Source of the DNA: Kiritimatiellia bacterium | Lineage (GTDB): Bacteria > Verrucomicrobiota > Kiritimatiellia > RFP12 > UBA1067 | Direction of reading: 5' to 3' | Assembly: GCA_045636065.1 (NCBI GenBank) | Contig: JAZTWW010000015.1 | Coordinates: 2,595-66,594 of the forward strand | DNA: 64,000 nucleotides | In this document: positions 49,181 to 59,268 of the stretch, one piece after another | Numbering within the stretch: position 1 is the stretch's first letter | Layout of the letters: every line of letters begins with the position of its first letter | The notes under the pieces: generated by a model | Told to the model about the DNA's origin: nothing | Seen by the model: the letters and a program-made list of their open reading frames with translations, nothing else | The model's database searches: none | Program-made: the position numbers and the translations under genes

Positions 49181-50449
49181 ATGTTTGATTTTCTGGCTAA
49201 AAAGTTTTCAAAGAGGCGCGCGCCCGTGGTGTACGAGCGCGCCAGCCATTGCATATCCCGCCAGAACATAGATCCCGACGCCTTGAAGGTGCTATACCGC
49301 CTCTCGCATCTAGGGTACACGGCGTACCTCGTGGGCGGGGGCGTGAGGGATCTCCTTCTTGGGCGCGCCCCGAAGGATTTCGACGTCGGCACGAGCGCCC
49401 AGCCCATAGAGGTCAAGAGGGCTTTCCACAACTGCTTCCTGATCGGCCGCCGCTTCAGGCTCGCGCACGTCAAGTTCGGCTCCAAGGTGATAGAGACGGC
49501 CACTTTCCGCCGCGATTCGCAGACCGTCGGCGAGATAATCGAGCACGCGGCCGAAGGCCCGTTCGAGGACAACAGCTGGGGTACGCCCGAGACTGACGCC
49601 TTCCGGCGCGACTTCACGGTGAACGGCCTCTTCTACGACATCAACACCTTCGCCGTGATCGACTGGGTGGGCGGCATGGAGGATCTCAAGAAGAGGCTCA
49701 TCCGCTCCATCGGCGATCCGATGATCCGCTTCCGCGAGGACCCCGTTAGGATGATGCGGGCGATCAAGTTCTCGAGCCGTCTCGGCTTCAAGATAGAGAA
49801 GGGCACCGAGAAGGCGATCCGCAAGCTCCACGGCTGCATACTCTCGGCGAGCGTGCCGCGCCTCTGCGAGGAGGTCTACCGCCTCTTCGGCAACGGCACC
49901 TCGGAGAAGGCTTTCCGTATGATGTGGGAGATGGGGCTTCTCGGCGATCTCATACCCGAGCTCGCGGCCTTCATCGACATGGACGGCGGCGCCGAGAGCG
50001 AGACGTGGAAGTATCTCGCCGTCCTGGACCGCTACGAGAGCGTCATGAAGGAGCGCGGCATCGAGGTGTCGAACGCCTTGAGGACGGCCGTGTTGATGGT
50101 GGCGTTCTCCCGCACGGCCGGCGCAAGGGCGGCGGTCGGGGCGATGAGCGCGCACCTTAAGATCCCGCGCCTCGTGTACTTCACCGCAGTCTCGATGATC
50201 GAAAGCGAGAAGCGCCTCAAGGTAAGCCCCGCAAAGGGCAAGCGCAAGCTCGCGTACAGCCCAGGCTTCGCGGATCTCCTCGATTTCTCAAGGATAGTCG
50301 CCCGCGCCGAAGGTGCGGGCGAGACTACTCTCGACGAGTGGGAGGCGCTCGCCAGGGAGGTCACGGTTTCCAAACAAAAAGGCAAACAGCAGGATCCCGG
50401 CCAGGCCGGATCCCAGATGCAAAGAACAACAAGGCAAAGAAAACAATGA
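49181..50449 (+). CDS. pcnB: poly(A) polymerase / tRNA nucleotidyltransferase family (PcnB-like)
   Basis: YLVGGGVRDLLLGRAPKDFDV, RRDFTVNGL, and a basic C-terminal tail. Confidence 0.85.
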   Translation: MFDFLAKKFSKRRAPVVYERASHCISRQNIDPDALKVLYRLSHLGYTAYLVGGGVRDLLLGRAPKDFDVGTSAQPIEVKRAFHNCFLIGRRFRLAHVKFGSKVIETATFRRDSQTVGEIIEHAAEGPFEDNSWGTPETDAFRRDFTVNGLFYDINTFAVIDWVGGMEDLKKRLIRSIGDPMIRFREDPVRMMRAIKFSSRLGFKIEKGTEKAIRKLHGCILSASVPRLCEEVYRLFGNGTSEKAFRMMWEMGLLGDLIPELAAFIDMDGGAESETWKYLAVLDRYESVMKERGIEVSNALRTAVLMVAFSRTAGARAAVGAMSAHLKIPRLVYFTAVSMIESEKRLKVSPAKGKRKLAYSPGFADLLDFSRIVARAEGAGETTLDEWEALAREVTVSKQKGKQQDPGQAGSQMQRTTRQRKQ

Positions 50450-51465
50450 GCAAGAAAGAAACTCTCCCGAACGAGGAACTGCCCGCGATCGTAAAGGCCG
50501 CGCCTGAGCTGCTGCCCGTGTACGACTGGTGGGTCAAGGAAGGGAAGAAGACTCTTACATACGTGGCTGTGGCCGCTGCGATCGCGCTCGCGTACGTGTA
50601 CGGCAGGAACTACATGCGTTCGCGCGAGGCGAAGGCTTCTGCGGCGCTCGTAAGGCTTTCGACGCCGGTGCGCGTAGAGAACGAAGGCGTCACCGCCGCC
50701 GACTGCGCCGAGGCCGCCGCCAAGTACAGCTCGTCCAACGTCGGATACGCCCTCAAGCTCAGGCTTGCAAAGCGCCTCTACGAGGAGCGCAGCTTTGAGG
50801 AGGCCCTCAAGGAGTACGAGGGTCTTTCCGGCAAGGTCGCCGCATCCGATCCTTTCTACGGCTTCGCGGAGATGGGCCGCGCATATTCGCTTGAGGCCCT
50901 CGGCCGCTACGGCGAGGCCAGGGAGGCCTTCGATGCCGTCGCCGCCGACGAGGAAGCCGGCGTATTCAAGAACGAGGCTCGCGTCTCGGCACTTCGCGCA
51001 GCCGCTCTCGGCGGCGACAGGGATGGCGCTCTCGCCGGTCTCGCCGCGCTCAAGGAAGGCGCGGACGACGACTTCAAGGATGCCGTCGAGGCCGCGGAAA
51101 GGCTTGTAAAGTCATACGATCCCGAAATTGCCGGCTTCGCCGGGCGCATCGCCGATACCGATCCGCTCTCGCAGTACGAGGCGGCGGCCAAGGCCCTCGC
51201 CGACGAGGATGCGTCAAAGCCCGAGGCTATCCCGGAGGCGACGATCCCCGAAGCGATCCCCGAGGCAACGATTCCCGAGGCCACAATCCCCGAGGCAACC
51301 CCGGAGCCCGCTCCCGCACCTGAGACGCCTGCCGCAGAGCCTGCGCCCGAGGCGCCAGCTCCCGAGGCCGCCCCTGAGCCCGCTCCTGCCCCGGAGGCTC
51401 CTGCCGCAGAGCCTGCTCCGGAAGCTCCCGCCCCCGAGGCTCCTGCGGCCCCCGCAGCCGAGTGA
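50446..51465 (+). CDS. membrane-anchored TPR-like (YfgM/UPF0070-like) protein with Pro/Glu/Ala repeat tail
   Basis: Single TM helix (TLTYVAVAAAIALAYVY), a TPR-like helical region and a repetitive tail. It overlaps pcnB by ATGA. Confidence 0.6.
   Translation: MSKKETLPNEELPAIVKAAPELLPVYDWWVKEGKKTLTYVAVAAAIALAYVYGRNYMRSREAKASAALVRLSTPVRVENEGVTAADCAEAAAKYSSSNVGYALKLRLAKRLYEERSFEEALKEYEGLSGKVAASDPFYGFAEMGRAYSLEALGRYGEAREAFDAVAADEEAGVFKNEARVSALRAAALGGDRDGALAGLAALKEGADDDFKDAVEAAERLVKSYDPEIAGFAGRIADTDPLSQYEAAAKALADEDASKPEAIPEATIPEAIPEATIPEATIPEATPEPAPAPETPAAEPAPEAPAPEAAPEPAPAPEAPAAEPAPEAPAPEAPAAPAAE
51223..51462 (+). repeat. in-frame coding tandem repeats (15-nt IPEAT-type units, then a 72-nt duplication)
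   Basis: 51223-51300 encodes EAIPEATIPEAIPEATIPEATIPEAT. 51301-51372 and 51373-51444 encode PEPAPAPETPAAEPAPEAPAPEAA and PEPAPAPEAPAAEPAPEAPAPEAP. Confidence 0.9.
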
Positions 51466-51492
51466 GCGGCATATAATGCGACTTTGAAATAA

Positions 51493-52884
<1,392 letters not shown>

Positions 52885-52912
52885 AAAGGCGTCAAAGAGA
52901 AGGAGTGGGCAC

Positions 52913-54517
52913 ATGTCGGAAGAAATCACAGGCGGCGGAAGCGTGGATCTGAACGGGCTGGGGTCGTTCGACTTCATGCCTGCGTGGGCGAAAGGCCCCG
53001 CGAACGATCCGGGCGCGTTCAAGGCGTTCGAGGAGCGTCCGCCTCGGCAGGATGACAGGCAGGGGCGCGGCTCCTTCTCAAGAGATCGCGGAGGCGACAG
53101 GCGCGACTTCGCGCAGCGGCCCGACAGGGGAGCGCGCCCGGATCGCGAACGCAGGGGCGACAGGGATCGCGACGCCCGTCGCGGCGACGGTCCCCGCCGC
53201 GCGCCGGAGCGCGGCGAGCAGAGGGGCGGCCGCCCCCAGCAGCGCTTCGAAAGGCGCGAGTTCGTCGAGCCGATGGACGCCGAGATCCGCATCCTCCCGA
53301 GCCAGAAGGAGCTCGGGCCCATCATCCGCAAGATCCAGACGACGCACCAGGCGTATCCGCTCAAGCAGCTCGCCTACCTCTTCCTCGAGAATCCGCAGAG
53401 CTGCATCGTGCGCGTCACCCCGCGCAGGAAGGACGGAGCGGAACCGATCGAGTTCCACCAGTGCAAGGCCTGCGGCTACGCGACCTTGAGCGAGGAGGAG
53501 CTCCAGCGCCACGTCCTCGAGGCGCACCTCGGCGACTACTACGATCTCCAGGAGATCGAGGCCGAGCCGCCGAAGGGCGCGTTCACGTGCGTCGCGAAGT
53601 GCGGGCTTTCAGGCGAGCTTCTCGGCCCGCCCAACCTCCACGGGTACGATGCGCGCGTAAGGGAGATGATCCGCACGCGCTTCCCCGGCATGGACGAGCA
53701 GGAGTACCGTTCGCACATCGAGATGGTCAAGGATTCCGAGACCATCGAGGCGTGGCGCGCGAGCGCCGTGAAGAAGACGGTCTTCCGTCGCAAGGATACG
53801 CCTGACGCTCCGGCCCTTGAAAGGCAGGAGGCCGAGCAGGAGATGAGGCGCACGATACTCCCCGGGCTTCTCAGCAGGCCCAAGACCGTCGACATGACGG
53901 CCGAGGCGGCGCTTAAAAGCCCGATCAAGAGCCTCCTCTACGCCTGCCGCGACGCGCTTGCAAAGGAGCGCCGCTTCCCGGCAAGCCTCTTCTTCGCGCT
54001 CAGGGGCGCGTTCCACCACAGGAAGCTTTCTTTCTTCCGCGCGAACGATCCGCGCGGCCCGGAATTCGTGTGCGCCTCGAAGCCCGTTCCGTTCGATGCG
54101 GCCCACGCGGTGCCCGAGCTCGCCTCGCTCGTCAAGTACGCGGCAGACCATCCGTGCACCGGCGCGGGCGAGATGCTTGCGGCGCTTTCAGGCGGAGACG
54201 CCGCCAAGAAGGCCGAGCTTGCGACGCACCTTAAATGGCTTGTGGAGAAGGGCAATCTCATACAGTATTTCAACGGCGCGGTGACGGCGCCCGCCGAGAA
54301 CCCCAAGTACGTGCAGCAGAGGCAGGTCAAGCGGCCCGAGCCCAAGGCAGCGCCGAAGGCGGCTCCCGCTCCAGTAGCGGAGCCAACGCCCGCTCCCGCA
54401 GCGGAACCCGCTCCCGCACCCGTAGCGGAGCGTGAAGCCCCCGCCGAAGAGACATCGCCCGTAGAGGCGCCGATAGAGGAAGGTAGCAAAGATGAAACTG
54501 CCGCTGAGCTGGCTTAA
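52913..54517 (+). CDS. hypothetical protein: Arg/Asp/Gly-rich disordered N-terminus, C2H2 zinc-finger signature, Pro/Ala-rich C-terminus
   Basis: AAGGAG lies 6 nt upstream. C-x2-C-x12-H-x4-H occurs in CKACGYATLSEEELQRHVLEAH (nt 53462-53527). The 3' end overlaps pheT by 26 nt. Confidence 0.6.
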   Translation: MSEEITGGGSVDLNGLGSFDFMPAWAKGPANDPGAFKAFEERPPRQDDRQGRGSFSRDRGGDRRDFAQRPDRGARPDRERRGDRDRDARRGDGPRRAPERGEQRGGRPQQRFERREFVEPMDAEIRILPSQKELGPIIRKIQTTHQAYPLKQLAYLFLENPQSCIVRVTPRRKDGAEPIEFHQCKACGYATLSEEELQRHVLEAHLGDYYDLQEIEAEPPKGAFTCVAKCGLSGELLGPPNLHGYDARVREMIRTRFPGMDEQEYRSHIEMVKDSETIEAWRASAVKKTVFRRKDTPDAPALERQEAEQEMRRTILPGLLSRPKTVDMTAEAALKSPIKSLLYACRDALAKERRFPASLFFALRGAFHHRKLSFFRANDPRGPEFVCASKPVPFDAAHAVPELASLVKYAADHPCTGAGEMLAALSGGDAAKKAELATHLKWLVEKGNLIQYFNGAVTAPAENPKYVQQRQVKRPEPKAAPKAAPAPVAEPTPAPAAEPAPAPVAEREAPAEETSPVEAPIEEGSKDETAAELA

Positions 54518-56930
54518 CGAATTTGTTGACGTATCCGACATCGCCCCGGCCGAACTGGCCGAGAGGCTTACAAGAAGCGGTCTTCAGGTAGAGGCGATAG
54601 AGACTGTCGGGCGCGAGCCCCTGTCGGACGATTTCGTCGTCGCGGAGGTCGTCGAGTGCGCGATGCACCCCGACAGCGACCATCTCCACGTCACCAAGGT
54701 GACGGACGGCAAGGAGACGTGGCAGGTCGTCTGCGGCGCCCCCAACTGCCGCGCGGGGATGAAGTCGATCCTCGCCAAGATAGGCGCTGTCGTCCCTGAA
54801 GGCGGGTTCAAGATCAAGAAGGGCAAGCTCCGCGGAGTGGAATCGCTCGGAATGCTCTGCAGCTGGCGCGAGCTCGGGATCGGCACCGACCACTCTGGCA
54901 TCGCCGAGCTCCCGGCGGACGCGAAGGTCGGCGCTTTCGCGCGCGACTACGCGCCCGGCGAAAAGCCCGAGACCGTGTTCGACGTAGAGATCACGTGGAA
55001 CCGCCCCGATGCGCTCAGCATCGTCGGGCTTGCGCGCGAGTTCAGCGCGATCCTCCGCCGTCCGCTCAAGATGCCCGCAGTCGATTTCGAGGAGTCCGGC
55101 CCCGATGCCTCGTCCGAGGTGTCCGTCACGGTGGAGGATCAGGTCAAGTGCCCGCGCTACACGGCGAGGGTCGTGACGTCCGTGGAGGATGGCCCCTCGC
55201 CGGAGCTTATCGCAAAGAGGCTTGAGCTTTGCGGCATGCGCTCTTTGGGGCTCGTCGTCGATGTCACCAACTACGTGATGCTCGAGCTTGGGCAGCCGCT
55301 TCACGCCTTCGACTACACGAAGCTTGCCGGAAGGAGGATAGTCGTGAGGACCGCCAGCGACGGCGAGACGATGAAGACGCTCGACGGCGTCGAGCGGAAG
55401 CTCGATACGTCCATGCTCCTCATCTGCGACGAGTCGCGTCCGAGCGCCATCGCAGGCGTCATGGGCGGCGAGGAGAGCGAGATCGCCTCCGGCACGAGAA
55501 GCGTCCTTCTCGAATCGGCGCTCTTCGAGCCTGCGTCCACGAAGGACACCGCAACGAAGCTCGGCCTCGCCACCGAGGCGAGCTACCGCTACATCAGGGG
55601 CGTCGACAAGGACCTCGCCGACTTCGCGAGCCGCCGCGCCGCGCATCTCCTCCAGAAGTACGGCAACGCGAAGATCGCAAAGGGGATTGTGGACGCCGAC
55701 AGCCGTCCCATGCCGCTCAACGCCGACGTGACGCTCAACTTCGAGCGCGCAAGAAAGCTTATCGGAATCCCCGTCGGAAACGACGTGATGGTCTTCATCC
55801 TCAAGTCGCTCGGCCTCAAGCCGCGCGCCGAGGAGGGGAAGCTCTTTGCGGGCGTTGAGTCCGTCGCATTCGGCATCCCGAGCTGGCGCTACGACCTCTC
55901 GCTCGAAGCGGATCTTGTCGAGGAGATCGCCCGCGTGTACGGGCTCGACAACATCCCCGACAAGATGCCCTCCGCGCCAAGCGTGTCCCCCTTGAGCGAC
56001 GCGTCGTTCAGGGCCGTCACGCGCGTAAGGGAGGTCTGCCTCGCGCTCGGGTTCACCGAGGCGATGCACTACAGCTTCCTCAGCGAGGGCGAGCTCGACC
56101 AGTTCGACTCCCGCCCCGAGACGAAGGCGAAGCGTCTTCCCCTGCCAGATCCCGTGAGCGCAGAGTACGGCGTCATGAGGGACAGTCTCCTTCCGCAGAT
56201 GATGGGAAGCCTCGGGCGCAATGCCAAGCGCCAGGTCGAGGAGGCGCTTCTCTTCGAGATAGGCCGCGTGTTCCTGGCCGGCCCCGCAGAGACCGAGCGT
56301 CTTTCGCTCGGCTTCATGGGCCCCGTCGGGCGCGAGGCGCTCAACCGCCGCGCGGCGTACGGCGTCGAGGAGGCGCTTCTCAAGATGAAGGGTGCCGTCG
56401 AGCTTGTCGCAAAGCGCCTGCACGTCGGCAAGATCCAGTTCAAGGCCGAGGACCATCCCGCGTTCGCGAAGGGCGCGTCGCTCGCGATCGTCATCAACGG
56501 CCGCCCCGTCGGCGTATTGGGCGTCATCTCGGAGAAGCTCAGGCATCCGTACCGTCTCACGACACAGATGGCGCTCGCCGAGATGGACCTTGCCGCGCTC
56601 GTGAAGCGCACCGATGCGGTGGCGAAGATTCAGGCCGTTGCGCAGTATCCCGCCGTCACGAGGGACGTCGCCTTCACCGCCGGAGAGGATGTCACGCACG
56701 AGGCGGTCCTCAAGTGCATCCGCCGCGCCGCACCTGCGGAGTTGACAGATGTCGGAATCTTTGATATATTTAAGTCGAAAGATCTCGGCAAGGGCAGGTC
56801 AAGCTTCGGCTACAGCCTTACGTTCCGCTCGCAGGAGAGGACGCTCAAGGACGACGAGGTTAACGCCGCGTTCGCCAGAATCGTCCAGGCTCTAAAGACG
56901 CTGCCCGGAGTCGAGATCCGCGGCGTTTGA
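54492..56930 (+). CDS. pheT: phenylalanine--tRNA ligase beta subunit
   Basis: MKLPLSWLNEFV start, tRNA-binding, B3/4 and B5 domains, and the FDX-ACB C-terminus. Confidence 0.97.
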   Translation: MKLPLSWLNEFVDVSDIAPAELAERLTRSGLQVEAIETVGREPLSDDFVVAEVVECAMHPDSDHLHVTKVTDGKETWQVVCGAPNCRAGMKSILAKIGAVVPEGGFKIKKGKLRGVESLGMLCSWRELGIGTDHSGIAELPADAKVGAFARDYAPGEKPETVFDVEITWNRPDALSIVGLAREFSAILRRPLKMPAVDFEESGPDASSEVSVTVEDQVKCPRYTARVVTSVEDGPSPELIAKRLELCGMRSLGLVVDVTNYVMLELGQPLHAFDYTKLAGRRIVVRTASDGETMKTLDGVERKLDTSMLLICDESRPSAIAGVMGGEESEIASGTRSVLLESALFEPASTKDTATKLGLATEASYRYIRGVDKDLADFASRRAAHLLQKYGNAKIAKGIVDADSRPMPLNADVTLNFERARKLIGIPVGNDVMVFILKSLGLKPRAEEGKLFAGVESVAFGIPSWRYDLSLEADLVEEIARVYGLDNIPDKMPSAPSVSPLSDASFRAVTRVREVCLALGFTEAMHYSFLSEGELDQFDSRPETKAKRLPLPDPVSAEYGVMRDSLLPQMMGSLGRNAKRQVEEALLFEIGRVFLAGPAETERLSLGFMGPVGREALNRRAAYGVEEALLKMKGAVELVAKRLHVGKIQFKAEDHPAFAKGASLAIVINGRPVGVLGVISEKLRHPYRLTTQMALAEMDLAALVKRTDAVAKIQAVAQYPAVTRDVAFTAGEDVTHEAVLKCIRRAAPAELTDVGIFDIFKSKDLGKGRSSFGYSLTFRSQERTLKDDEVNAAFARIVQALKTLPGVEIRGV

Positions 56931-57132
56931 TCTTTCAAAGAGCGTGGGGCCTGTCGGGTTCGCGAATATGGCGGTCTTTTCTCTGACCTTCGATCTGAAG
57001 AGGGAGCGGGAATACGGCAACTCCTGGGGTGCCGGATACCGTACCCACCTGGAACACTTGAGGTTTCAGGGAATTTCTGCGCTACGGCTCGACGGGTCTT
57101 TTTTGATTTGAAGCCCAGAGGAGGGTTGTGAA

Positions 57133-58080
57133 ATGAAGATAAAAATGGCAATAGCCGTCGTGGCGGCCGCGTTCGCGGCCGTCCAGTCCGCCATATGCGC
57201 GCCTAAGCCGCCGCCCAAGTTCGACAAGGTGAACCCGCAGGCGCTCAAGTACCTCAAGGGCGAGCAGGGCAAGCCGATCAAGACGGGCGTCGTGATCGTC
57301 AACGGCCGCTACCTGCCGCCTCCCTACAAGGTTGCGCGCTACGGTAACGTCATACGCATCAACGACGTCCAGGTGACGGGGCAGGTGGTCTCATGGAACA
57401 CGTTCCTCGCGACGCAGGATCCCTCGCGCGTGAAGAAGACTGTGAGCGCTCCCGCGGGCGCGCCGCCGCCGCCAGCCGCAGGCGGCGCCGGAGGATCCGA
57501 CGCCGAGCCTTCCGCCGACATATTCGACGACGACCTTTCCTTCTCCATGCCGAGCATGTCATCCTGGATGACGCTCTCCACGGGCGACACCCTCGACGAT
57601 CTCTTCGGCGACGACGATGAAGAGATGCCTTCCAAGCCCACGCGCCCCGGCTCGTTCACGCGCAAGCCCGCAGCTCCGCCCAAGCCTCCGGCCCCCAAGG
57701 TCACGTACACGCTAGTCGGCGAATTCGAGCGCAACGCGAAGGCCGAGGCGCTCGTAAGGAAGGTGAGCGAATACCGCACGAAGATAGACAAGCACCTTCG
57801 CGGCGGCGGGCTCTGCATTTTCGCGGTCAAGTCCTCGCCCAAGCTTCTCGATCAGCGCCAGGCGCAGGAGTTCGTGAACGTCATCCCCGAGATCCTCCGC
57901 GACGCGCGCTCCGGCGCCGATTTCATCGCCAGGCTGCGCGCAAAGCGCATACACTACATCGAGCCTTCCACCGGCGATTTCTTCATCGCCAACCGCGCAG
58001 ACTACCTCCAGTACCAGGCGCTGCGCGAGGAGTTCCGCCGCGACGCCGCGACAAGGCGCGTGATGGGGGGAGGGTATTGA
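57133..58080 (+). CDS. secreted hypothetical protein
   Basis: Signal peptide MKIKMAIAVVAAAFAAVQSAICA, a central Pro/Asp-rich low-complexity region, and GAGGAGGG upstream. No family recognised. Confidence 0.55.
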   Translation: MKIKMAIAVVAAAFAAVQSAICAPKPPPKFDKVNPQALKYLKGEQGKPIKTGVVIVNGRYLPPPYKVARYGNVIRINDVQVTGQVVSWNTFLATQDPSRVKKTVSAPAGAPPPPAAGGAGGSDAEPSADIFDDDLSFSMPSMSSWMTLSTGDTLDDLFGDDDEEMPSKPTRPGSFTRKPAAPPKPPAPKVTYTLVGEFERNAKAEALVRKVSEYRTKIDKHLRGGGLCIFAVKSSPKLLDQRQAQEFVNVIPEILRDARSGADFIARLRAKRIHYIEPSTGDFFIANRADYLQYQALREEFRRDAATRRVMGGGY

Positions 58081-58358
58081 TGGACGACGCGGCCTGTGGA
58101 AGGCTGGCGGCCGGGATAGGATCCCTTTCGTCCGACGAGGAGCGCAAGGCGTTCCTGAGAACCGTCCTCACTCCCGGCGAGCTTGACGATGTCGTCCGCC
58201 GCTGGGAGATACTCGAACTTCTTTCGTCGGGGATGCCGCAGCGCGCAATAGCCGAGAGGCTCGGGGTGAGCCTCTGCAAGATCACCCGCGGCGCGAAGAT
58301 GCTGAAGGAGAACCCGTGCTTCGGCGAGAAGGTCTTCGGCGGCCGCACGACAGTATAG
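58080..58358 (+). CDS. Trp-repressor-family (YerC/YecD-like) small HTH protein
   Basis: LTPGELDDVVRRWEILELLSSGMPQRAIAERLGVSLCKITRGAKML is the YerC/TrpR-family signature as I remember it. ATG 58080 overlaps the upstream stop (TGATG). Confidence 0.78.
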   Translation: MDDAACGRLAAGIGSLSSDEERKAFLRTVLTPGELDDVVRRWEILELLSSGMPQRAIAERLGVSLCKITRGAKMLKENPCFGEKVFGGRTTV

Positions 58359-58371
58359 CGTCTTCAAGGCC

Positions 58372-59229
58372 ATGGAACTTGCAAGCCCATCAAATCCCAG
58401 AATAAAGCACGTCGTCAAGCTCCGTACATGCTCCTTCCGCGAGGAGACGGGGGAGATGATCGTCGAGGGCTACCGCGAATGCCGCCGTGCGCTCGACAAC
58501 GGGTACGTCCCGAGGGCGATCTTCCACTGCCCAGAGATGTACCTCAAAAACGAGAACGAACCGCAGCTCGTCAAGGATGCCGTATCGCGCGGCGCGGAGG
58601 AGTTCGAGTGCTCGCGCATCGCCTTCGCGAAGATGGCGTACAGGGAAAGGCCAGACGGGCTTCTGATGGTGGGGCCGCATGTGGCGCGCACGCTTGAGGG
58701 GTTCGAGCCGCCGGAGGATGCGCTCGTCATAGTCACGGAGGCGATAGAGAAGCCGGGCAATCTCGGCACCATCCTGAGAAGCGCCGACGCGGCGAAGGTC
58801 GCGGCCGTCATAGTCTGCGACAGGACGACCGACATCCACAACCCCAACGTCGTAAGGGCGTCGACTGGTACGCTCTTTTCGGTGCCCGTGATAGTGGCTT
58901 CAAGCGAAGAGGCCATCGCATGGCTCAAGGAACACGGCTTCAGGATCCTCGCCGCGACGCCCCATGCGAAGGATCTCCATTTCGAGGCGGACCTTGCGGG
59001 GAAGGTGGCGATAGCGCTCGGCGCGGAGCAGTACGGACTTACGGCAAAGTGGATGGACTCGGCGGACCTGAGGGTCAGGATCCCCATGCTTGGGCTTGCC
59101 GACAGCCTCAACGTTAGCGCTGCGGCGACGATTCTCGTCTTTGAGGCGGTGAGGCAGAGGATACTCGCCGGGATCGACAAGGTCCCAGATTTCGTGCCGT
59201 GGCACGGAGAGGGCCGCCACGACCATTGA
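58372..59229 (+). CDS. TrmH/SpoU-family RNA 2'-O-methyltransferase
   Basis: SPOUT motifs PGNLGTILRSA, ALGAEQYGL and IPMLGLADSLNVSAAATI. Confidence 0.85.
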   Translation: MELASPSNPRIKHVVKLRTCSFREETGEMIVEGYRECRRALDNGYVPRAIFHCPEMYLKNENEPQLVKDAVSRGAEEFECSRIAFAKMAYRERPDGLLMVGPHVARTLEGFEPPEDALVIVTEAIEKPGNLGTILRSADAAKVAAVIVCDRTTDIHNPNVVRASTGTLFSVPVIVASSEEAIAWLKEHGFRILAATPHAKDLHFEADLAGKVAIALGAEQYGLTAKWMDSADLRVRIPMLGLADSLNVSAAATILVFEAVRQRILAGIDKVPDFVPWHGEGRHDH

Positions 59230-59268
59230 GCTTGCAGATGAATGCGACTTAAGCGGAGGGTTAGAGAA

